IMG/VR virus record: IMGVR_UViG_3300047550_003482
Span: 26,420 to 90,419 of that record
Source of the DNA: a virus
Length of the DNA: 64,000 nt
Direction: 5' to 3' (one strand)
Notes under the pieces: model-generated
Database searches by the model: none
Seen by the model: the letters and a program-made list of their open reading frames with translations, nothing else
What the model was told of the DNA's origin: nothing
Translations under genes and position numbers: made by a program
Part shown: piece after piece, positions 42,739 through 52,173 of the stretch
Layout of the letters: every line of letters begins with the position of its first letter
How positions within the stretch are numbered: position 1 is the first letter of the stretch

Positions 42739-44109
42739 TTATGCCCTACTGTTTGCTCGGACTTGATCAAAGGTGTACTCAGTGATCAACTGTCCATTCT
42801 TGAACACAGTTTCTAGACAGTCCTCTGGCCAATCTTCAACGGCACTATGGTATTGACCATTGAAATTCTTGTACAGAGTAACTCTACCGGCCTTACTTAC
42901 TTTGCCCTTGTCAGTAATAGGATCCTTGTAAATAGGACGCCATTCTCCATTAATTTTTACAGCACTTGCCTTCATAGCAAACTTCTGAGTGTCACGATCA
43001 ACTTGTTGACAAAGTGCACCTCCCATTCCAAAGGTGATATTATCAGCACTATAACCCAATTCGGTCAGAGCGGCTAGTATATCATCAATAGATTGATAAT
43101 TTACGCCATCGCCTTGAATAATACGAACATGATTCAGAATCTTGTAGCCTTTGCTGTTAACTACGCTACCAAACTTACTATCTAAAATTTGGATCAATCT
43201 CTTGTTCACTTCAACTGGATCTCCGCTGTCAGGACGAATAACAACTGTAGCACCACTGTCAATGACCTGTTGGCGAAGTTCTTCACCCCAGAGTTTTTCT
43301 GCTGCGTTAAAGATGTCATAACTATCACTAACAACAGCGAGAATAGAGCCTGGACGAGCGAATTGAGCGAGCATATTCGCATATGCCTTTACCTCCCCGT
43401 CACGACCCCAACTCGTAATCGTAGAATGTTCGGCTGCGGGTATGGAAAAGCCAGCGACGCCTGCATTGTAAAACTCACGGGCATACAAAACACCAGTAAT
43501 AGTGTCAGTGCCCATGAAGTTAACCAAATGTGCTGCTGATCCAATACCAGATGTTTCTAAACTAGAAACTCCGCGGGCCGAAAAGTCATGAAGTTTAAAA
43601 TCAATAAGGCTAGGATCACCAGTACGCTCCAAATAGTTCAGAATAAGTTGACGAATAGTCCAACTCTGTGTTGCCACAGTAGTTGGATACCAAATAGCAC
43701 GTAGCAGAGCAGTTTCTAGCCAAGTTGTGAGCCAGAAACATTCTGGATCAGTGTTTTCAATTGTGGCAAGTACATTCTTAACCGGTACAACTGTTCCTTC
43801 TGGGACGGCTCGGATAACAACTGGGAGAAATCCACCGTGCTTATCCAGAATGTATTGCCATCCTTGGCGGTTAAAGGGCTCACCGTGTGCGGTAAGAATT
43901 TCTTCAGCAATTTCGATGTCTGCTTGAGTGATAGGCTCAAGCAGGTATTCCTTGATAAAAGCCTGTAGTCCGAAGAATACAGTTCTATCGTATCGACCCC
44001 CTCGACTTTCAATATACGAATAAACACCTGTAGTACCTAGTGGGTATTGCCATGCCATTGAACACTTGTAACTGTCCACATTCAAAATAATATTTTTTGC
44101 GAGTTTCAT
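42739..44109 (-). CDS. nadV: Nicotinamide phosphoribosyltransferase (NAMPT)
   Basis: DSYK, FFGLQ, LHDF.ARG, GTD, PAAEHS, VSDSYD, IRPDSGDP, QGDG, FGMGG, RDT..FAMK. Confidence 0.96.
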   Translation of the reverse strand: MKLAKNIILNVDSYKCSMAWQYPLGTTGVYSYIESRGGRYDRTVFFGLQAFIKEYLLEPITQADIEIAEEILTAHGEPFNRQGWQYILDKHGGFLPVVIRAVPEGTVVPVKNVLATIENTDPECFWLTTWLETALLRAIWYPTTVATQSWTIRQLILNYLERTGDPSLIDFKLHDFSARGVSSLETSGIGSAAHLVNFMGTDTITGVLYAREFYNAGVAGFSIPAAEHSTITSWGRDGEVKAYANMLAQFARPGSILAVVSDSYDIFNAAEKLWGEELRQQVIDSGATVVIRPDSGDPVEVNKRLIQILDSKFGSVVNSKGYKILNHVRIIQGDGVNYQSIDDILAALTELGYSADNITFGMGGALCQQVDRDTQKFAMKASAVKINGEWRPIYKDPITDKGKVSKAGRVTLYKNFNGQYHSAVEDWPEDCLETVFKNGQLITEYTFDQVRANSRA

Positions 44110-44215
44110 TTTAAGTTCCTTAAAAAGTTAAATTGCCCTAAGTCTATCTCAGGGACTTTTTTGTAGTTCTTGAGTTTATTTGATAAATACTTGAACTACA
44201 TAGAGAGATTATACA

Positions 44216-45148
44216 ATGACTCAGAGTAAAAATCAAGTATTTTTGGATAAAGCCAAGAAAATTCACGGCGACAAATTTGATTATTCCAAAGTTGAATGCC
44301 GCACCGCTAAGACCAAAGTTACCATTATCTGTAAGGAACATGGCGATTTTTTGGTCACTCCTAATAACCATCTGTATGGAAACGGGTGCCCAAAATGTCG
44401 TGGTAGAGGATTTACCGCTACTGAGCAACTTGAGAACTTTATCAAAGATGGTCATAGAATTCATAATAACAAATATGATTATTCACTTGTTAACATAACT
44501 GATGCAAAATTAACAATCATATGTCCTATTCATGGCAATTTTCAGCAACTTCGTCGGGCACATATCATCAATAAATCGGGGTGTCCTGAATGCGGTAGAC
44601 TTACTGCTAATTTCAAAACTACCTTGTCCAAAGATGAATTTGTCACTAAAGCCAACGAAACTCATAATAACAGATACACTTACGATAATGTAGTTTACCA
44701 AGGTGCTCATAAGAAGGTTAATGTCACTTGTCTCACTCACGGTGATTTTAATATCACACCGGCTAATCATTGGAGCAATGGAGTTGGCTGTCCATCCTGT
44801 TTCAACAGTAATCCCAGTAAAGGGGAAGTTAAGATTTACGATTGGCTTACTAAACATAACATTCATTTTGAGTTTCAGAAATCATTCCCTGACCTATATT
44901 ATAAATCCAAAAAAGGTCGCTTAAAATTCGATTTCTATATTCCCGAGAAAAACCTTTTAATAGAATTTGACGGTGAATATCATTATAACCCAATCTCCTT
45001 TTCTAAACTAATATCCAAAGAGGAACAATTATTACTGACACAAACAAGAGACCGACTCAAAACCGAATACGCTGAAAAGAATGGATACAAACTTTTACGC
45101 ATCAGATATGATGACGATATTTTGTCCATGTTAGAAACTGTCATTTGA
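44216..45148 (+). CDS. Homing-type endonuclease with repeated C..HG..C..C zinc modules and C-terminal PD-(D/E)xK/Vsr-like domain
   Basis: Three ICxxHG.F...H....GCP.C repeats; SKGE..., FDFY, IEFDGEYH. Confidence 0.8.
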   Translation: MTQSKNQVFLDKAKKIHGDKFDYSKVECRTAKTKVTIICKEHGDFLVTPNNHLYGNGCPKCRGRGFTATEQLENFIKDGHRIHNNKYDYSLVNITDAKLTIICPIHGNFQQLRRAHIINKSGCPECGRLTANFKTTLSKDEFVTKANETHNNRYTYDNVVYQGAHKKVNVTCLTHGDFNITPANHWSNGVGCPSCFNSNPSKGEVKIYDWLTKHNIHFEFQKSFPDLYYKSKKGRLKFDFYIPEKNLLIEFDGEYHYNPISFSKLISKEEQLLLTQTRDRLKTEYAEKNGYKLLRIRYDDDILSMLETVI

Positions 45149-45350
45149 CTCCTGAACTATCTTGGCAAATTCTTCAACGCTTTGACTCCACGTTGTCCAC
45201 CCGTCGTCAGTGAATCCTTCAAACTTACACATTTCAATGCCGTTTGATGTGAGCCACACTTCTGTGCCAGTATCTGAATAACCTTGAAAGATTCCCACAA
45301 CTTCACCGGACTGCGGATGTTTCAAGTTAAAACCTTCCTTATACATCATA

Positions 45351-45872
45351 TTAACCTCCAAATTCTACTAATGTTACTGTGCCGCTTTCTCGGGCAACTC
45401 TTTTGGCAAATACTTCGATCATGTCAACGATAGTTTCCTGCTCACCGCCGGCAAGTCCGCATCCAATGTAGGGTAGGCCGAACCGTTTGCCAGGATAGAC
45501 AAAAGCCAACTTTTCCAAAATCAATTGAAAGGCAATGTACTCAAACACATCAGTACCTTGACTCATATTGTACTGAGTGTAGGCATTGACGATCATGAAT
45601 TTGCCATTAGTGAATTCAGGATATACCACGGTATAGTTACCGAGTTTATTGTAATCACCCTTTTCAGTTTCATTATCAAAGAGAGCCGCTGCCGGATAAC
45701 GTTCACGAATTTCTCGGGCGATACCTCCACCCATGGTATTGAAACAATTACAACCATGAATGATAACATCAAACTCGCCTGCTTCCGCTAGGTCAAGTAG
45801 ATTACCTTTAGCATGTTTCAATGCTGGCTTTGGAAAATCGATGGGATTTTTCGTATTGGTATAGTGATTCAT
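45351..45872 (-). CDS. Macrodomain protein (ADP-ribose binding/hydrolase)
   Basis: GNL, HGCNCF.TMGGGIA, NAYTQ, P.IGCGLAGG. Confidence 0.9.
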   Translation of the reverse strand: MNHYTNTKNPIDFPKPALKHAKGNLLDLAEAGEFDVIIHGCNCFNTMGGGIAREIRERYPAAALFDNETEKGDYNKLGNYTVVYPEFTNGKFMIVNAYTQYNMSQGTDVFEYIAFQLILEKLAFVYPGKRFGLPYIGCGLAGGEQETIVDMIEVFAKRVARESGTVTLVEFGG

Positions 45873-46159
45873 TCTTCAACTCCGAAATGTTTCTTAATCT
45901 GCTTGGCATTTTTCTTTAGTAGGAACCCACCATATTGTTTGACTGCTTCTTCATAGCCTTCCATCCAATCAGTGGTCTTGTCGTGGCCTGTTGATTCTGT
46001 CATCCTGATTGTGCGTTGATTGTCACCGTTTGTTTCTAATACTTGAGCACATTCCCGAACAATCAATTCGGCGAACTTTTCCAAATCGCCTTCACCGTAG
46101 CCTAGTCGGTCAATTTTACAATCAGCCTGTTCAGCAAGTTCCTCAATTCGTTTGTTCAT
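45869..46159 (-). CDS. MNERI family member (longest variable segment 2)
   Basis: MNKRIEELAEQA..DLEKFAELIVREC..IKKHFGVEE. Confidence 0.8.
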   Translation of the reverse strand: MNKRIEELAEQADCKIDRLGYGEGDLEKFAELIVRECAQVLETNGDNQRTIRMTESTGHDKTTDWMEGYEEAVKQYGGFLLKKNAKQIKKHFGVEE

Positions 46160-46370
46160 TGCTCAATAACCTCCACTCGATCTAACATATAATGTCGTTG
46201 CCAGCTGATATTACCATTATCCCACTCAATGTGAACAAAATAACCATCAATATCATCTTCTATATAGCGGGTGTCTCTATATGCTTCAGTCACTATGCCT
46301 TTGGCACCTGTACTACAGCTAATTACCTGCAAGCCTATTACCTTATCGTGCGGAACATCTGAAAGTTTGG

Positions 46371-46553
46371 TCATTCTTCAACTCCAAAATGTTTCAAAAC
46401 CATGTTGTACAGATTATCCTGCGGCATCAGTTCAGCACATTTCCGAACAATCAACTCGGCGAACTTTGCTGATTGTCTAGTAGGCATATCACAGCCGCAA
46501 CTACACATTTCTAAACCAGCCTGTAGGGCAAGTTCTTTAATTCGTTCGTTCAT
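46371..46553 (-). CDS. MNERI family member (shortest)
   Basis: MNERIKELA..KFAELIVRKC..LKHFGVEE. Confidence 0.8.
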   Translation of the reverse strand: MNERIKELALQAGLEMCSCGCDMPTRQSAKFAELIVRKCAELMPQDNLYNMVLKHFGVEE

Positions 46554-47436
46554 TTTACATTCCTTATTTCTTCAACACATTCTTTGACTATTTCTTTAAT
46601 TTCATTTCGCCTATCTTGCTCTTTTTTGATATATTCCGAAATCCCTAGTGATATTCTTTGTTTAAGAAAATATTCTGCGGAATCTTTCCAATTATATTCT
46701 AAAGAAGTTAAAAAATAAATATGCAACATCTCTGATTCAGAAGAACCTTCGCAAATATAAAATCTGCTAGCGTTTGCTTTTACAATAGATACCTTTTCTT
46801 CAAGTGTTTTTTTCCTAAACCATACCATATATATTTCCTTTATTAAAATATTTTTAGCTATTGATATTAATTACTTGATCGTACCTTGTTTGATCATGGT
46901 TTCAAACTGATCAAACAGTTGCTCAAACTTGACCTGATAGATGGTTTCCAATCCTAACAGATAGTTTGATACCTGATCTGTGGTCATGTTACCCTTATCT
47001 ACATATTGCTTATTGAGTGCCCTGATATCATCAATCACACTCCAGCAGTTCATGATCTGTTGTTCAAAATCAAAACGATCACTCATAGTTTCACACCTAG
47101 TACCTTTCGTTCTTCATCACTGAGTTTTGCCAGAGCAGCTTCTCGTACCTGCTTAAGACGTTCTTGTTCTCTATGCATAGCATCAAGTTTACGATGATTT
47201 TTATGCCACTTGATTAACTCAGATTTGGTAATACCTGCTTCCTTGTAGTTGATCCAATCATAGAAGTCTCCCTTCTTAGGACTTACAGTTTCTACTAGAC
47301 TGTCAACATGCTCCAATGCTACCAATGCTTGACATAGGGCACTTTCAGCAAAAGCAATTTGCTTCTTGAGGGCAGGTTCAGTTACATCCTTAAAATATTG
47401 ATGAGGATGATCGTCATAAAAATCTCTACATGGCAT
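46550..47436 (-). other. Hypothetical CDSs (46550-46828, 46871-47086, 47083-47436); also 46156-46374 and 45131-45361 nearby
   Basis: ORF track. Confidence 0.65.
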
Positions 47437-47437
47437 T

Positions 47438-48466
47438 TTAAGCTCCTACAAAATGTTGAATAATTTCCCAATGATCTTCAAAACATTCGTCTGACTTAAC
47501 ATCTACTAGTGGCACCCAACGGGCACGATCAGCATCATCTTGTCCCTTAACCTTAGGCAGTTCACCATCAGGCAATACGATCTTGAAGGCATGCGTGATT
47601 GTCCTGCCCCTAGCACTACGTTCAACCGCATCAAATACTTTAACATCTTTGATACTTCCTGTCAAGACTGGAGCAGGAACTTTGATACCAGTTTCTTCAC
47701 GCAATTCACGAATGGCAGCATCACGGACACTACGGTCACTAGCAGCATTCAAGAATCCACCAGGCAATGCCCACAATCCCTTACCAGGTTCACTACGACG
47801 GCGAATCATCAATACGTGACCACTCTGAATCACTACTGAATCCACAGTAACGAATACTGGAGGATAGGGCAGACTTTCATATTGCTTACGATAATTCGCA
47901 ATGAATTCACGTTCACGGACAACCTGCTCATATGCCTGTGTTTCCTTGAAACTATTGAGAAACTGCATTGTGGATTGCGGAACTACTCCACGTAGGAAGT
48001 TTAGATTAGCATCACGACGGAAATAAATGTCGCGGATATCAGTAGCGTTCAGTGGCTCAATCAGTTCTACATCCACACGCTCCCATTGTGGGAACATCTT
48101 GAGATAGAAAGTGGTTTCGTCCTTATCGTGTCCAATGATACCATCCCTGGCACCAATAATACGATACTTGCTGTGGATAGCTTGTACACGGGTAGCCCAA
48201 GCCTGATCGTTGTAAATGGTGTCGATGTTGTGGTCAATATGAATTGAACATGTAGGATCACCTACACCACGCAAAGCACCAATCAACATGGACTCACGTT
48301 CTTTGCTGGTAAACGGATTCTTGTAGGTACGTGGTTGATCCGCACTACCTACGATAATTACAACTTGACGAGCCAATTCAGTGGCACGACGAATAGTTTC
48401 AATATGTGCAGTATGCACTGGTTGAAACCTGCCAATATATACTAGTGTACCGTACTTCTTAGACAT
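47438..48466 (-). CDS. nadM: Bifunctional NMN adenylyltransferase / Nudix ADP-ribose pyrophosphatase
   Basis: IGRFQPVH..H, GS...NPF...ER, NAT.IR; Nudix box GG......AAIRELREETG; FEDH. Confidence 0.93.
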   Translation of the reverse strand: MSKKYGTLVYIGRFQPVHTAHIETIRRATELARQVVIIVGSADQPRTYKNPFTSKERESMLIGALRGVGDPTCSIHIDHNIDTIYNDQAWATRVQAIHSKYRIIGARDGIIGHDKDETTFYLKMFPQWERVDVELIEPLNATDIRDIYFRRDANLNFLRGVVPQSTMQFLNSFKETQAYEQVVREREFIANYRKQYESLPYPPVFVTVDSVVIQSGHVLMIRRRSEPGKGLWALPGGFLNAASDRSVRDAAIRELREETGIKVPAPVLTGSIKDVKVFDAVERSARGRTITHAFKIVLPDGELPKVKGQDDADRARWVPLVDVKSDECFEDHWEIIQHFVGA

Positions 48467-48530
48467 ACAAAACTCCTTTGTATTGTTTGATTATGTGAAG
48501 TCTATCTTCACGTAATGTATTTATCACCTA

Positions 48531-49110
48531 TTACAGTGAATTCAAAAATTCTTTCAATTCATTATAACTCTTACATACCTGACGACCATAACGGCTGGTA
48601 CGCAGGATCATAAAATTTCTGTTGTAGATTTCCACTGTTGCGTCCAGTGTGCGGGCACGGCCAAATGTCACCGACAGATATTTGGTACCGCGGTTATTGA
48701 CATGTGAGCCAGTAAGAACACCGTAGGGCGCAGTAAAATTCTGCGACTTGGCCCACTGTTCAATATCCATCTGAATTTGCTGACTATTCATACTAGACCT
48801 CTACTACAATGTCAGTAGTATACTGGTTTTATTATTTATTGTCAACTTATCGTTCCAAAAGTGTCATTAGATTTTTATGGCTCATAACCTCATGTACAGG
48901 TTTTGCTGACACTTCAGCTACTTCATATTCAACAATTTCCCAATCACCTAAATTTTCGTTATAATAATTACTATTAATTACATTAGTAATCATTGCACGA
49001 AGTTTACCTAACGTATCCCAAATTTTGCCTGTCTTATTCCAACTAGGACGAGACCCTGCCAAACGATAAAGACTTGGATTACTACGTTTTCTGATTTTGT
49101 AGAATTTCAT
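48531..49110 (-). other. Two hypothetical CDSs (48531-48791, 48847-49110)
   Basis: Promoter 48817-48845. Confidence 0.65.
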
Positions 49111-49114
49111 AGTT

Positions 49115-49429
49115 TTAAGTATGTTCAATAACTTTGATTCCAGTAGCACGAATAGCACTCATACAGATAGGGCAAGGGGCCGCCAGTGTAGGATTGCCAT
49201 CACGATCAAACCTGCTAACAAAAATACGATGTGCCCGTTTGATATCGGAACAACGAACGATAGCATGGATTTCTGCATGAAGAAATTGTTTGTAGGGCTC
49301 ACCCATTTTTTCAGCATGTTTAGCTTGAATCGGGTGAGTTTTGATATACGAGTTTTGACCAATGCTCAAAACACGACCGCGACGATCATAAATCACCGCG
49401 GTTATATTTTGCCTCTGACTTTTAGACAT
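49115..49429 (-). CDS. Cytidine/deoxycytidylate deaminase-family protein
   Basis: G.NS..KTHP, LHAEI, PCPIC. Confidence 0.8.
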   Translation of the reverse strand: MSKSQRQNITAVIYDRRGRVLSIGQNSYIKTHPIQAKHAEKMGEPYKQFLHAEIHAIVRCSDIKRAHRIFVSRFDRDGNPTLAAPCPICMSAIRATGIKVIEHT

Positions 49430-49485
49430 ATCTAAAAACTTGTTTAAGATATGCTTATTTTATAGTGTTTCTAGTTTTTGTCAAA

Positions 49486-50271
49486 TTACTTTTTTGTCTT
49501 AGCGACATTACCGAAATTGACGAAATCATACATTTTTTGTGCAGTATCAAGGACTTGTTCTAGGCCTGGAAATGATGGCATATCTACCTTAGTAACGATT
49601 TGTCCTGTTTTGGAATCACGCTCGGCAGTGACTTCCCAGCCTTGCCACTTTGCATGAAATTCATTAGTTACCATATCCTTGGCCATACCAAGAATTTCCG
49701 TGCGAATTTCATATCCAGATTTAGATGATTTAAATTCTGGCATTTTTGGTATAAAATTTTCATTCATAATTTTCTCCTTTGTGTGTGTATGTCTATATTA
49801 GGATTTTTTGATAGCACTTTGCTGCATCCAGGCATCCCAACCTGCTCTTACCCAATCAATACTGAATGGGTTAAAGATTTTTTCTACTTTAGTTTCCATA
49901 ACTTCACGGCCCATAGTAGTCATCACTGTGGTGCTGGTTTTAATAGAAACATGTAAAAATTCTGTTTGACTGTCTACATACTGTGTCCACGCTCTAGCAA
50001 GATCGGGATTAGTAATGTATTTGTTGATGAATTGCTTTTTGCCGTTCTGTACGGAATCAACCATTAATTCTGGAATATTAAGCATAATTTTCTCCTTTGT
50101 GTGTATGTCTAGCAAACTATTTTATAAGTTTGATTATTATTTATCTAGATTTTTGGTGTTTATAACATCTCTAGCTTGATCATATTTACCTTCTCTAGCT
50201 AATGCCGATGCTGCCTTTGTTCTACCAAAATCTTCTAGAAATTGGAAAAATCTATTTAGTAAACTTTTCAT
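49486..50271 (-). other. Three small genes with shared CA-rich leaders (49486-49767, 49798-50085, 50137-50271)
   Basis: Third ORF (44 aa, MKSLLNRFFQFLEDFGRTKAASALAREG..) is not in the track; ACACACA(C)AAAGGAG leaders. Confidence 0.7.
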
Positions 50272-50321
50272 GATAACTCCCTTTCTGTGTGTGTTAAATG
50301 CTTTTATCAAAGCAATAGTAT

Positions 50322-52173
50322 TTAGTCTTGAGAACTAACATAGTCAAAAATGCCACCATGTAATTTAACCATGATAGCAATTGAATTATCATACACTCTT
50401 ATTTTTTTATATGCACTTATATAGTAAGGACATTTTATTTTTTTACACAAATATAAAAGTGTTTTTGGCAATGCTACCTTCATTTCAGCAGGCCAATCAA
50501 ACTCATAATATTCAATATCAGCTAGCCTAAATCCATTTTCTCCGATGTCTGTTAGTCTTAAACAAGGATTGCTAGGAGTAAACCACCAATCAAAGATTAA
50601 TTTATCAAAATTTGAATCAGTATAATGGTAAGGATTTATTTCTTTGGGTATACTATCTAGTACAGCTTTAGTTATTTCTTTTTTTGATAAAAGATCATAT
50701 CTAATCATTTAAGGATAAACAGTAGTACCATTTGTCATGAACACTACTGTGAACTTGTTAGTTTTGAACTTAGTATTCAATTTCCTACACAAGTTTCTAG
50801 CATGACCAGGATTTCCAAAACTTGTTTTCTTGTATTTAGGTACAGATTCACTATCAAGGTAATGCTGTGTTTTTAGATTTATTGGTGCACCTTCATAGAA
50901 AATTGCCCATACCCCAGAAGTTTCAATGATTTGATCACACTTGTAGGTATGTTTGTCTACTATTTCTAATAAAACTTTTGGTTGTGACTTACTCATTTGA
51001 AACTTCTGCCTTTTACCTGCACTTCAACAACACTCTCTAAAGAACTTTTCTGTTGCGTTATATCTAATAGTATTTTGGTTACTTCATCTCTGAGCATTTT
51101 TGCATCAGACAATGGCATTGTAAAATCCTTAACCTGCCTTGATTCTAAATATGCTATTCGATCTATAAACTTTTTTATGTAGAGCATAATTTATTTAGTT
51201 GCTCTTCTGCTTCATGTTTTGTTTTATATGGACCAAAATAATTATACCGTTGAACAAAAATATATTTGGGACAAAACATTACTTTTTTGACATCATTTTG
51301 TTCCATTACAAACCAACCTGCAACATAGTAGCATTTACTCTTTTTTGTCTTAGTGTATAGATGTACCTTCTTTTTGATATCCATAATAGAGTTGAATACT
51401 CTAGCTGTAGTTGGATATTCATCGTATGGTATCTTATGTTTTAGGTTTAAGACAAGTTTTTGAAAGGTGATTTTTGTTTGCTTTTGTAATTCTTGTTTGT
51501 TGGTATAGGTCTTATTGTAACCATTTATTGTCACTGTATAGCCTAAATTATTAACAGAAACATTTCCAACTTTTTGATTTCCATCAGTAATCAACCAATA
51601 CTGATCTTTAACGATAGGTTTAGCAATTAAACTGTTACTCATCTAGTTCCTCTTCCCCATATTTATACCATGTATTTTTGTCATAGTTCCAATGTCTATT
51701 GTCAGGTAAACTTAAACAAATAGTAACCCCAAACAAAGTGATTTCAAACTCAGGCCCAGCATGATCTCTTCCGCGCCAAGCTGTTTGAAACCTTAATCCA
51801 ATCAATGTTTTAAGATAGAAACTTATTTGAAATTCTAATGTACGGTTTTCAGATATACGAAAAGCTTTGTCATACAAACTACGAAAACCAAATTTGTTTT
51901 CATTGTGATATGGATTATGTAGGTCAACGTCAATCTTAATCATGTTTGCCTCAAAATATACATTACTGCATCTTTTTCTGGAATTAAAACAGTATCTGCA
52001 CTATACTTATAGTGTTCTGCTTTGTATTTTCCACCAATACGTTTAACTGAAATCATCTTTGGGTTTAATTTAGTTACCTTTGCAATAGCTAAACTGTTGT
52101 GGTGTGAAAAGGCAACAATATCTCCCAAATTAATCTTATTACCTAATATGTCAAAATGTTCATGTTCCTTCAT
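50322..52173 (-). other. Conserved hypothetical CDSs (50322-50708, 50709-50996, 50993-51187, 51175-51642, 51635-51943, 51940-52173)
   Basis: Coupled ORFs. Confidence 0.7.

Noticed and set aside
14823-46553. MNERI family as a DGR or integron array
   Set aside because: No reverse transcriptase or integrase in the window, no adenine-specific TR/VR pair, and no RYYYAAC..GTTRRRY attC sites after the stops. Such machinery elsewhere in the genome cannot be excluded.
44136-48515. NAD-gene hairpins as terminators or classical NrtR boxes
   Set aside because: No U-tract follows on the coding strand. The arms differ while the asymmetric loop is conserved, which is the opposite of a dimeric DNA operator.
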